From positions 11,562 through 75,561 of the forward strand of contig SVKA01000006.1 of NCBI GenBank assembly GCA_015068725.1: a DNA stretch of 64,000 nt, given 5' to 3'. The position numbers and the translations under genes are program-made. The notes under the pieces were generated by a model. That model was not told the origin of the DNA and did not search any database. It saw nothing but the letters and a program-made list of their open reading frames with translations. The stretch comes from Oscillospiraceae bacterium (GTDB lineage Bacteria; Bacillota; Clostridia; UBA1381; UMGS1253). This document shows positions 49,934-58,894 of the stretch, one piece after another. How positions within the stretch are numbered: position 1 is the stretch's first letter; each line of letters starts with the position of its first letter.

Positions 49934-51031
49934 TTGTTAAAAATAAAAAGGTTATCAGCAGTACTTACGATGATTTGTATAATTCTTATTTGCTCGGTTT
50001 CTATCTGCGCTCACAGTGCAAGTCCTGCTGATGTTGTTGTCAGTATGCAAATCAATAATTCGATAATGAAAATAAATGGCGAAAGCACTCAAATTGATAC
50101 TGGACGCGCAACTACACCTGTTATAATAAACGACAGAACTCTTGTACCTATAAGAGCGATTATTGAGGCATTTGGTGGAAGTGTTGGTTGGGACGATAAT
50201 ACAAAAACCGTAACACTTACAATGAATGATGATAAAATAAAGCTTGTTATAAACAGCAAGACAGCATATTTAAACAACCGCGCACATACGCTTGACGTTT
50301 CGCCTGCAATAATCAATGAAAGAACAATGCTGCCGATACGCTTTATTGCCGAAGGGTTTAATCTTGGGGTTGCATGGGAAGGCGACACTAAAACAGTTTA
50401 CATAATACGAAACTTGTTTGAAGATGATGAATATCAGACTATAATGAGCATGCTTCCTGCTTATAGTGGGGAAGCGTATGCCAAGCTTAATGGCAATATT
50501 CCATTTTTTGAAGAATATGAAATAATTGATGCTTCTTTTGAATATTATAGCACGCTCGATTATCTTGGCAGATGTGATGTATGTATGGCGTCTGTATCGA
50601 GCGAGCTTATGCCGACGCAGAAAAGAGAAAGCATCAGTTCTGTAAAGCCTACGGGCTGGATAAACAAGGCATATGATGTTGTTGATGGAAGGTATTTATA
50701 TAACAGATGTCATCTGATTGGCTTTCAGTTGACGGGCGAGAATGCAAACAAAAGGAATCTTATTACCGGAACGAGATATATGAATGTCGAAGGCATGCTT
50801 CCGTTTGAAAATAAAATAGATGACTATATTGACCGGACAGGCAATAACGTTATGTATCGTGTAACGCCCGTTTTTACAGGGAAAAATCTTGTAGCAGACG
50901 GGGTATTACTCGAAGCATATTCAGTAGAAGACAATGGAAAGGGTATTTGCTTTTGTGTATATTGCTACAATGTTCAGCCACAGATAACAATAGATTATGC
51001 GACGGGCGAGAGTTGGTATGTGGGACAATAA
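49934..51031 (+). CDS. Secreted DNA/RNA non-specific endonuclease (EndA/NucA 'DNA-entry nuclease'-like) with an N-terminal copper-amine-oxidase-N-like stalk domain
   Basis: TTG start after GGGGGGA. Signal peptide present. Stalk repeats NDRTLVPIRAIIEAFGGSVGW and NERTMLPIRFIAEGFNLGVAW. Nuclease core YNRCHLIGFQLTGENANKRNLITGTRYMN. Confidence 0.8.
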   Translation: MLKIKRLSAVLTMICIILICSVSICAHSASPADVVVSMQINNSIMKINGESTQIDTGRATTPVIINDRTLVPIRAIIEAFGGSVGWDDNTKTVTLTMNDDKIKLVINSKTAYLNNRAHTLDVSPAIINERTMLPIRFIAEGFNLGVAWEGDTKTVYIIRNLFEDDEYQTIMSMLPAYSGEAYAKLNGNIPFFEEYEIIDASFEYYSTLDYLGRCDVCMASVSSELMPTQKRESISSVKPTGWINKAYDVVDGRYLYNRCHLIGFQLTGENANKRNLITGTRYMNVEGMLPFENKIDDYIDRTGNNVMYRVTPVFTGKNLVADGVLLEAYSVEDNGKGICFCVYCYNVQPQITIDYATGESWYVGQ

Positions 51032-51054
51032 TTGATTTTTCGTAAAAATAAAGG

Positions 51055-51089
51055 AAAGCTGTGATAAAAATATAATTTATCACAGCTTT
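51055..51089. terminator. Bidirectional terminator between the nuclease gene and mntP
   Basis: AAAGCTGTGATAA...TTATCACAGCTTT with flanking A and T runs. Confidence 0.8.
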
Positions 51090-51094
51090 ATTTT

Positions 51095-51682
51095 TTAAAA
51101 TATTCCTGATATAAATATCTCTATTCCAATGCCTATAAGAATAATTCCACCAAGGATACCGGCTTTGCCCGCAAGCTTTGTGCCTGCACTTCTTCCAATG
51201 AGTACACCGGGCAGACATATACAAAACGTAACAAGGGCGATAATAAGAGCAGCAAAAAGCGCCGAAACCAGATTGTAGCTTGCGATTGCAAAGCCGACAG
51301 AGAGTGCATCGATAGAGGTTGCGATGCCCTGCATTATTAAGGCAGTCAGACCAAGGCGTTTGCTTAAGCAAGGGTCATCTGTTTCGTTTTTTATACCTTC
51401 GATGAGCATTTTGCCACCAATAAATCCAAGTAAAATAAGAGCAATCCATGGGATAAACATTTCAAATGTTTTAAAATGCTGTGCGATAGTATGCACGCAT
51501 ATCCATCCAAGCATTGGCATAAGTGCCTGGAAAAATGCAAATGTGCCTGCAATAGCGAACACCTTTATTTTTCTCATACACGGCTCGTTTAGTCCGTTTG
51601 CAAGCGAAACCGAAAAGGCGTCCATGGCAAGACCTACACCGAGCATAATATTGGTTACAAAAAAGCTCCATCCAAAATTCAT
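51095..51682 (-). CDS. mntP: Manganese efflux pump MntP
   Basis: 195 aa, 6 TM, duplicated DAFSV/DALSVG motifs (DUF204 type), preceded by a Mn2+ riboswitch. Confidence 0.88.
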   Translation of the reverse strand: MNFGWSFFVTNIMLGVGLAMDAFSVSLANGLNEPCMRKIKVFAIAGTFAFFQALMPMLGWICVHTIAQHFKTFEMFIPWIALILLGFIGGKMLIEGIKNETDDPCLSKRLGLTALIMQGIATSIDALSVGFAIASYNLVSALFAALIIALVTFCICLPGVLIGRSAGTKLAGKAGILGGIILIGIGIEIFISGIF

Positions 51683-51700
51683 ATTAAAATCCTCCGCAAT

Positions 51701-51875
51701 AAAAAAATACTAAGTATGGCAAAACCATACTTAGTAATCAAATCTTAAATGAACAGACTACACGTATAGCTTTGCAGATATACGTGAGTCTCGCATATTA
51801 AAGCAAGCCAGACCATTTTGGTCAGCATGTTGACTTGCTGCGTTTTATAAAAACGCTTGCTACTCCCTCACAGCA
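51701..51875 (-). ncRNA. yybP-ykoY (Mn2+) riboswitch with terminator expression platform
   Basis: The minus strand reads CTTGCTGTGAGGGAGTAGCAAGC...AGTCAACATG...GCGAGAC, which are conserved yybP-ykoY elements. An extra hairpin lies at 51761-51786, followed by a terminator ACTAAGTATGG-ttttg-CCATACTTAGT plus T7 at 51701-51735. Confidence 0.8.
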
Positions 51876-51881
51876 AGAAGT

Positions 51882-51910
51882 AATATATCACAAACGCATA
51901 AATTTGTCAA
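51882..51910 (-). promoter_or_regulatory. SigA promoter of the riboswitch-mntP unit
   Basis: On the minus strand, TTGACA, a 17-nt spacer, then TATATT. Confidence 0.7.
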
Positions 51911-51942
51911 TACACTTTTTTCTTATGCGAGGCTGAATGATT

Positions 51943-53043
51943 TTATTCTATCTCATTAGTCATATTTGTGGTCTTAAAAAGCTCGCGCCATACATCTGTA
52001 TGAGCCTGACAGTCGAGATGGTGAGCAAAACGATGGTTGTCAAAGTCGGTCGAGGCTTCGTTTGCGGCATCACGTATCGATTTATAATATGTATCCTTCA
52101 TACTGATGCAAAAATCGTGCCAACCCTGTTTCCACTCGTCTGTTTTAAGCTGCTCGTTTCTTTTGTAAAAGTCATCCATTATCTCTTTTGCGATATCGCC
52201 TTTTGCAATATTTATGCCGGGCGCATTCGCAACAAGCGGAATAAAATCTATTTTGCCGCTTGTTGTGTCATATTTTGCGACAAGAGAGGTTTTAAAGCAC
52301 TCTTTTCTCGTTTCGTTTGTAAATTCTGTTTTCACAAAGTGGAAGTTACCCTGACCGTAGAGTATATGACAATCGTCGTAAAGCTCATAGCAGCCGATGC
52401 AGTGGCTGTGCTGACAAAGAACAACATCGGCACCGTTTCTTGCCATCGCTCTGCAAGCATTTCTAAGACGCGGAGAAGGGTAGCGGCAATACTCTTTTCC
52501 ACCATGATATGTAACAATAACTCTGTCGTACATTTCCTTTGCGTGTCTTATATCATCTATGGTTTCAAACTCGTCAAAAGGTCTTGCTCCCATACGGTTT
52601 TCAAGTGCGTATGAATATTCGCGCTCACATACGGCTATGATACAAACCTTTTCGCCGTCTTTTTCTATAACAAGATTTTTTCTCGAATCCTCATAGTTTT
52701 CGCCAAAGCCTGTGTGTAAAATTCCTTCCGCCTCGAGAGCTTTGATTGTGTCCATAGCACCTTTTTTGCCAAAATCAAATATGTGATTGTTGCTAAGACC
52801 ACAGCAGTTAACGCCGAGCTGTTTTAAAACCTTGGCGGTATTATAGCACGCCTTGAGAGCAGGACCGAATTTGATTATATCTTTATCGTGCTCTGTAAGT
52901 GCACACTCAAGATTTACAAGATTTATGTCGTTATTTTCAAATAGCGTTGTTGTATCGCCAAAGAGAGTGTCGATATCCATTTTGTCAAATAACGGATTTG
53001 TTAAACCGGTAGGGCATACGTCTCCTAAAAGTAAAGTTTTCAT
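51943..53043 (-). CDS. CapA/PGA_cap family metallophosphoesterase-like protein
   Basis: LLLGDVCPTG, NLECALT, GLSNNHIFDFG and HGGKEY...CQHSH motifs. Starts 17 nt after the GH4 stop. Confidence 0.75.
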   Translation of the reverse strand: MKTLLLGDVCPTGLTNPLFDKMDIDTLFGDTTTLFENNDINLVNLECALTEHDKDIIKFGPALKACYNTAKVLKQLGVNCCGLSNNHIFDFGKKGAMDTIKALEAEGILHTGFGENYEDSRKNLVIEKDGEKVCIIAVCEREYSYALENRMGARPFDEFETIDDIRHAKEMYDRVIVTYHGGKEYCRYPSPRLRNACRAMARNGADVVLCQHSHCIGCYELYDDCHILYGQGNFHFVKTEFTNETRKECFKTSLVAKYDTTSGKIDFIPLVANAPGINIAKGDIAKEIMDDFYKRNEQLKTDEWKQGWHDFCISMKDTYYKSIRDAANEASTDFDNHRFAHHLDCQAHTDVWRELFKTTNMTNEIE

Positions 53044-53060
53044 AAAAACTCCTCCATCAA

Positions 53061-54446
53061 TTAAATGCTGTAGTCTTTAAGATACTCCTTTGTATTTTCT
53101 ACCATTTCATCAAAAAGCGTGCGTGCTTGGTCAATCGGAATGTCAACCTGCTGTATAAATGCGTTGAAAATTACATCAAGATTTCTTTCGGCAACGCCTT
53201 TATCAATCATTTCCTGAACGCCGACAACTTTTGAAATAAGCGGGTAAATACTCTCTGGGAGATTTCCTGCCAAAACAGGTACTACCGAGTCATCCGAGAA
53301 AACAGCGTTTGTTTCTACCACCGCTCCGTAGGGAAGGTTTGGAATCTGACCAACGTTTGGGATATTTACATTAGTAACCAAGTCTTCAAGTCCCAAAAGT
53401 GCACGAATCTGCTTTACGCCATCTTCGCCTGTTTCCTGAAATTCGAATTTTTCCTCGCCCGAAACAAGTCTTTGGCTTTTTTCAATTCTGCCTGCAAGCT
53501 TTTCTTTTCGAAATGATACGGGTGTAAGAGCAAAGAGCCAGCTTGTTGCACACTCGGGGCTTGCGAGATACCACTTTGGCGGGCAAAATTCTGCCAAATG
53601 TCTGTCACCTGCGGCAGCGATAAAGCCGAAACGCTTAAACAAATCAAACTTGATTTTGTGTCCTGTATAGAAGAAGCTGTTTAGCCAGTTATCATCTCTG
53701 CCATCGTTAAAACCATTTTCGTAATATTTTTCTATAAATTGAGCGTAAACAGGCATAACGTCAATATCTTTATACTTTGCCTCTGTAAGCCATGTAAAGT
53801 GGTTTACGCCCGTAACATTTACCTTGATTTCTTCTCTTGACGGTTTTTCGATTCCCAATATATCTTCAAGAGCCTGAGCGAGAAGCTTTTGTGTGCCGAA
53901 AACCTCGTGGCAGCAGCCAAATGCTTTGATTTCAGGGAATACTCTGTAAAGAGTTTTGATGCAAAGCGTCATAGGGTTTGTATAGTTGATAATCCACGCC
54001 TTTGGGCAGTATTCTTTGATTGCTTCGCCGATAACTTCGTACATAGGAATAGTACGCATCGCACGGATTGTGCCGCCCGGGCCGTATGTATCGCCTACGG
54101 ACTGATAAATGCCGTATTTTTCAGGTGCGTGAACATCAGAGTCCATTTCGTCAAATGTTCCTGGAAGAATAGAGATGATGACAAAGTTTGCTCCATCAAG
54201 AGCTTCGCCGATAGTTTCAACTGCTTTGTAATTCCAAACGGATTTGCAACCTTCTACATCTTTGATTTTGTTTCCAATAATTTCGTTTGCCTTTGCTGCA
54301 TCATAATTGATGTCGTAAAGGTATACATCGCCCGATATATCGTCAGCTGTACTAAGGTCTGACATAAGTCCCCATGCCCATCCTTGTGAGCCGCCGCCAA
54401 TATAGGCAATTTTAATGTCTTCGACTTTGTTGTTTACATATTTCAT
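53061..54446 (-). CDS. Glycoside hydrolase family 4 (NAD+/Mn2+-dependent; LplD/alpha-galacturonidase-like by N-terminus and context)
   Basis: IKIAYIGGGSQGWAWGLMSDL Rossmann N-terminus, INYTNPM and GCCHEV motifs. Confidence 0.8.
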   Translation of the reverse strand: MKYVNNKVEDIKIAYIGGGSQGWAWGLMSDLSTADDISGDVYLYDINYDAAKANEIIGNKIKDVEGCKSVWNYKAVETIGEALDGANFVIISILPGTFDEMDSDVHAPEKYGIYQSVGDTYGPGGTIRAMRTIPMYEVIGEAIKEYCPKAWIINYTNPMTLCIKTLYRVFPEIKAFGCCHEVFGTQKLLAQALEDILGIEKPSREEIKVNVTGVNHFTWLTEAKYKDIDVMPVYAQFIEKYYENGFNDGRDDNWLNSFFYTGHKIKFDLFKRFGFIAAAGDRHLAEFCPPKWYLASPECATSWLFALTPVSFRKEKLAGRIEKSQRLVSGEEKFEFQETGEDGVKQIRALLGLEDLVTNVNIPNVGQIPNLPYGAVVETNAVFSDDSVVPVLAGNLPESIYPLISKVVGVQEMIDKGVAERNLDVIFNAFIQQVDIPIDQARTLFDEMVENTKEYLKDYSI

Positions 54447-54463
54447 AAATAATCCCTCTTTTT

Positions 54464-55831
54464 TTATAATGTAACCCCATCTTTGAAGATGGAAATTTCT
54501 TCGTATCCGTTTTCCTCGTTTTTGGCTTTTTTGCCGTTTGCTACTTCGATGACGTACTCGAAAAGCTCATCTGTCAAATCATTTCCTTCTATTGCACTAC
54601 CTGCATCAAAATCAATCCAGTTTTGTTTCTTTTGAGCCAGTGCGCTGTTGGTTGAAATTTTTACCGTGGGAACTGCCGTTCCAAGAGGTGTTCCGCGCCC
54701 CGTTGTAAAGAGTATCATATGCACTCCTGCCGCCATAAGATTTGTAACGGCTACGATATCATTTCCGGGTCCGGTAAGAAGTGAAAGCCCTTGTTTTGTT
54801 ACCTTATCGCCATATGATAAAACATCAGTAATTGTCGAGCTGCCGCCTTTTTGTATGCAGCCGAGCGATTTTTCTTCAAGAGTTGTTATGCCACCGGCTT
54901 TATTTCCGGGAGAAGGATTTTCGTATATAACCTGATTATGTCTTTCGTAATAATCCTTAAAATCGTTTATAAGGGCAACCGTTTTGTCAAACATTTCCCT
55001 GCTTTCGCATCTGTTCATAAGCAGATGCTCGGCGCCAAACATTTCTGGCACTTCCGTAAGCACACAGCTGCCGCCAAAGCCTGTGAGCATATCGCAAAAG
55101 CGTCCGACCAAAGGGTTTGCGGTTATTCCCGAAAAGCCATCACTTCCGCCGCATTTAAGACCGATTTTAAGCTTTGATACGTGAACAGGCTCGCGTTTTG
55201 CCTTTTTAGCATGCTCTTTAAGCTCGTTTATAAGGCGCACGCCCTCTTCAAGTTCGTCTTCTACATCCTGGGTATTTAAAAATTTTACATGCTCCTCATC
55301 ATAAGAGCCTAAAACCTTTTTAAACTCCTCAATATTGTTGTTTTCGCAGCCAAGTCCCAGCACCAAAACTCCACCACAGTTTGGATGAAAAACCATACCC
55401 GAAAGAATTTGTTGGGTTGTTTTCTGGTCATCGCCAAGCTGTGAACAACCAAACGGGTGAGGAAAGGACTTTGCCCCCGTTTTTGAGGCGAGCTTTTCGG
55501 CAATTTTGTTGACACATCCAACGGTATTGATAATCCATATATCGTTTCTTATGCCGACCGAGCCGTCCTTGCGAACATATCCCATAAATGTTTTGTCGGT
55601 TTTGGCTGTGTTGTCAGTAAGTTCGGGAGCGTATGTATATTCGATTTTTCCCGAAAGGTTAGTTTTCAGGTTGTGAGTGTGAACATGCTCGCCTTTTTTG
55701 ATATCACAAGTAGCGTGGCCAATGGGATTTCCGTATTTTATAACGTTCTGCCCGCATTTTATATCACAAATTGCATATTTGTGTCCTGTTTCTATGTTGA
55801 CTTCTACGTTATCCTTTTTATTTATTAACAT
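54464..55831 (-). CDS. uxaA: Altronate dehydratase
   Basis: SAF N-domain (DNVEV...GHKYAICDIKCGQNVIKYG.PIG.A...I.KGEHVHTHN) plus a large UxaA/GarD C-domain. Start taken at ATG 55831, overlapping the uxaB stop by 14 nt; the ORF-track start at 55906 lies inside uxaB. Confidence 0.88.
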   Translation of the reverse strand: MLINKKDNVEVNIETGHKYAICDIKCGQNVIKYGNPIGHATCDIKKGEHVHTHNLKTNLSGKIEYTYAPELTDNTAKTDKTFMGYVRKDGSVGIRNDIWIINTVGCVNKIAEKLASKTGAKSFPHPFGCSQLGDDQKTTQQILSGMVFHPNCGGVLVLGLGCENNNIEEFKKVLGSYDEEHVKFLNTQDVEDELEEGVRLINELKEHAKKAKREPVHVSKLKIGLKCGGSDGFSGITANPLVGRFCDMLTGFGGSCVLTEVPEMFGAEHLLMNRCESREMFDKTVALINDFKDYYERHNQVIYENPSPGNKAGGITTLEEKSLGCIQKGGSSTITDVLSYGDKVTKQGLSLLTGPGNDIVAVTNLMAAGVHMILFTTGRGTPLGTAVPTVKISTNSALAQKKQNWIDFDAGSAIEGNDLTDELFEYVIEVANGKKAKNEENGYEEISIFKDGVTL

Positions 55832-57083
55832 ATTTTTCAATCTCGCTTTCAAGCCATGAAAGGTCTTCGTCCCATAGCTGTGTATTTTTAAGTATCTCCG
55901 AAACACTTGCCGTTTTCATAAACGCACAGATTTTTTCATCGTCGTTTGCCATATCTGTTCTGTAAAAATCGATCAGCTTTGCAAAAGAGAAGATCAAAGC
56001 TTCGGGCATTTTGTTAAAGCGTTTTACATACTCGCTTATTGACGGAAGAACACGCACCTTGAATTTGCTTACCGAATTGAGTGCGATAGATGACCAATAA
56101 TGCTTAATATGAGGATTTTCAAAACGTGTTATAACATTATTTGCATACTCTATAAGCTCGTCCTTTGGCAAATCGAGTGTTGGGATTATTTCGTCAAATA
56201 TACATTTTTCCAAATGCTCGCGCATTTTTTTGTCATCGACGCACGATTTTACCGTATCAAAGCCGGACAAAAGTGCGTAACCTACAAGAGATGTGTGTGC
56301 ACCGTTTAGTATGCGCACCTTTCTTGTGCGATACATTTCAAGATTGTCTGTTACGATTACGTTAAGACCACACTTGTCAAACGGAATTTCGTCGCACAAA
56401 CCAAGATAACCCTCAATAACCCACAAATGAAAATACTCGGATGTATTTATAAGATTATCCCATGAAGAAAACTCGAAGGTTTCACCCTTTGGAAAGCCCG
56501 GGTTTATGCGGTCAACAAGAGTGTTTGTGAAAATGTTTTCCTCTTCAATCCATTTTTTGAAGTCAGCGCTAAGGTTCCAAAGATCTGCATATTTGAGAAC
56601 GCAGCTTTTTAAAAGTGCTCCGTTTTTGTCTGTAAGCTCGCACGGCAAAAATACAAAGCCGTCAAGTCCTTTTTCAAAACGCTTTACCAAAAGCTGTGTA
56701 AGCTTGCCGGGAAAAGTGCTTGCCGGACGGTCTGTTATTTTGTCATTTTCATCAAAGCAAATGCCTGCCTCAGTAGTATTTGAAACGATAAAACGAAAAT
56801 CGGGATTGTTTGCCAAATCAAGATATGATTCGAAGTCGTCATATGGCTTTACGCACCTTGAAATTACATCAATTTTTTTAATATCTACGCCTTCTTTACC
56901 GCGGCAGATATGAGTGTACTCGCAATTCTGACTTGTGAGCATATCGCACATTCCGTTCTTTATGGGCTGAACCACGCAAACCTTTCCGTCAAAATCGGTT
57001 TTTTCATTTACGGTTTGCAGCATCCAGTCAACAAAGCCTCTTAAAAAACCACCTTCGCCAAACTGTATAATTTTTTCTGCCAT
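55818..57083 (-). CDS. uxaB: Tagaturonate reductase (altronate oxidoreductase), mannitol dehydrogenase family
   Basis: IIQFGEGGFLRGFVDWM N-terminus and NGAHTSL motif. ATG 8 nt after GCGAGG. Confidence 0.85.
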   Translation of the reverse strand: MAEKIIQFGEGGFLRGFVDWMLQTVNEKTDFDGKVCVVQPIKNGMCDMLTSQNCEYTHICRGKEGVDIKKIDVISRCVKPYDDFESYLDLANNPDFRFIVSNTTEAGICFDENDKITDRPASTFPGKLTQLLVKRFEKGLDGFVFLPCELTDKNGALLKSCVLKYADLWNLSADFKKWIEEENIFTNTLVDRINPGFPKGETFEFSSWDNLINTSEYFHLWVIEGYLGLCDEIPFDKCGLNVIVTDNLEMYRTRKVRILNGAHTSLVGYALLSGFDTVKSCVDDKKMREHLEKCIFDEIIPTLDLPKDELIEYANNVITRFENPHIKHYWSSIALNSVSKFKVRVLPSISEYVKRFNKMPEALIFSFAKLIDFYRTDMANDDEKICAFMKTASVSEILKNTQLWDEDLSWLESEIEKYVNK

Positions 57084-57182
57084 TTTTATTGCCTCGCTTT
57101 CAAAATATTTATTCACAGTTTAATTATATATCAAAAAATTAGTGTATACCTTAAAATTTTTGACTAATTAATCGAAAAAATC

Positions 57183-57211
57183 TTGATTTTTTTGATATGC
57201 TGTGGTATGAT
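57183..57211 (+). promoter_or_regulatory. SigA-type promoter with extended -10 for the island B leading genes
   Basis: TTGATT, a 17-nt spacer ending in TGg, then TATGAT. Confidence 0.6.
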
Positions 57212-57265
57212 GAGATGGAGCAAAATACATAAATTTTTTGGCTTAAAATCAGGAGGTAAAATAAA

Positions 57266-58090
57266 GTGCAAAAATACAAAATCGTAGCAAGCGACCTTGA
57301 CGGGACACTTTTTAACAATAGTTCTCAAATAAGTGAGGAAAATATGAGGGCAATAGCTGAGCTTGCAAAAAGAGATGTTTGTTTTGTGCCTTCCACAGGC
57401 AGAGGCTTTTCAGAATTACCGGAGGAGTTAAAGAATAATCCAAATATTCGTTATTTGATTTGCTCTAACGGAGCGGTTGTTTTTGACAAAAAGACTTCAA
57501 ACAGCATAAAGGCTTGCATATCACAAGAACTTAGCAATCAGGTTCTTGGTTTGCTAAATTCCTATGAAACACATCTTTCGATACGTCATAACGGAGGGCT
57601 TTTTGTAGATTCTGGGATTTACACTGACGAGCAATTTACTTACTACAATTTTCCATTGGTGCACAGCAAGGTTTTACGTGAATACGGTCAATTTATAGAT
57701 GATTTTAAAAATGTCATCTATTCTTTTGATGATATAGAAGTCATTTCTGCGTTTTTCAAAAGTAATGACGATAGAATGGAGTGCAAAAAGGTTCTTGAGA
57801 AAAATAAATCCCTTATAGTTGTTGAAGGGTGTGATTATAATCTTGAGATTTTTAGTGCTTCCGCGGGCAAAGGAAGCGCCTTGCACGCTCTTGCCGACAT
57901 GCTTGGAGTTGATTATGCTGATACTATAAGCATTGGTGACAGTGATAACGATACAAGCAGTATAAAAGCTGCAGGGCTTGGACTTGCGGTGTCAAATGCG
58001 TGTGATTCATTAAAAGAGATTGCAGATGAGGTTATCTGTTCAAACGATGAACACGCAGTAGAATACGTTTTAAATAATTATATAAAATAA
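57266..58090 (+). CDS. Cof-type HAD-IIB family phosphatase
   Basis: GTG start 9 nt after AGGAGG. Motifs DLDGTL, PSTGRG and GDSDND. Confidence 0.85.
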   Translation: MQKYKIVASDLDGTLFNNSSQISEENMRAIAELAKRDVCFVPSTGRGFSELPEELKNNPNIRYLICSNGAVVFDKKTSNSIKACISQELSNQVLGLLNSYETHLSIRHNGGLFVDSGIYTDEQFTYYNFPLVHSKVLREYGQFIDDFKNVIYSFDDIEVISAFFKSNDDRMECKKVLEKNKSLIVVEGCDYNLEIFSASAGKGSALHALADMLGVDYADTISIGDSDNDTSSIKAAGLGLAVSNACDSLKEIADEVICSNDEHAVEYVLNNYIK

Positions 58091-58107
58091 AAGAGAGGAT
58101 TTTGATT

Positions 58108-58854
58108 ATGAAACTTTATACTTTGGGAACAAGCCATGGAGCAACAGAAAAGGGACGTTCTTGTTCTGTGAACTTACTTGAGGTGGGCGATGCGTATTAT
58201 TTGTTTGATTGCGGTGGTTGTGTCGAGGAGAGAATGACTGACCTTGATTTGCCGATGCAGAACATAAAAGGCGTTTTTATATCACATATGCACTCGGATC
58301 ATGTGACTAATTTGCCGTCGGTAATAAAAAGACTTGTAAGATATAACAAAAGTAAAAATGAGGAACTGACGCAGAAGATATTTATGCCTGAACAACGTGG
58401 CATAGATGCTATTAATATATGGATGGACGCAACTCACAGAAACGAGAACGACAATAGATTTTATTCTTTTGAGCTTACTTTGCCGGGAGTGGTTTATTCT
58501 GATGAAAATATAACCGTTACGGCAATAGAAACACACCACGTTGAAAACGGAAAATATCCGAGCTATGCCTATATGGTTGAGGCAGAGGGTAAGAGCTTTT
58601 TCTATACAGGCGATTTGGCATACGATTTTCATGATTATCCAAAAATTCTTTCGGAAAAAGAATTTGATGCGGTGCTTTGCGAGCTTGTGCATTTTGATAT
58701 TGATGCCAATTTTGAAACGCTTAAAAATACAAAAACAAAGCATCTTATATTTACTCACGGCTATCCGAAGAAAATCGCGCAAATGGAGCCACGTCTTAGC
58801 GAATTTCCTTTCCCGGTTACGATTACAAATGAATGTGATGTTTACGAGATATGA
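58108..58854 (+). CDS. MBL-fold metallo-hydrolase
   Basis: HMHSDH motif and later His/Asp ligands. ATG 9 nt after AGAGAGGA. Confidence 0.75.
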   Translation: MKLYTLGTSHGATEKGRSCSVNLLEVGDAYYLFDCGGCVEERMTDLDLPMQNIKGVFISHMHSDHVTNLPSVIKRLVRYNKSKNEELTQKIFMPEQRGIDAINIWMDATHRNENDNRFYSFELTLPGVVYSDENITVTAIETHHVENGKYPSYAYMVEAEGKSFFYTGDLAYDFHDYPKILSEKEFDAVLCELVHFDIDANFETLKNTKTKHLIFTHGYPKKIAQMEPRLSEFPFPVTITNECDVYEI

Positions 58855-58894
58855 TGTAAAATTTTGTGTGTGAAAATCTTTGGAGGAGGGCGCT

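Noticed and set aside
55832-55906. Longer 480-aa model for uxaA starting at 55906
   Set aside because: The extra 25 codons lie inside the 3' end of uxaB and do not resemble the UxaA SAF N-terminus. ATG 55831 gives the expected MLINKKDNVEV start and a typical 14-nt overlap.
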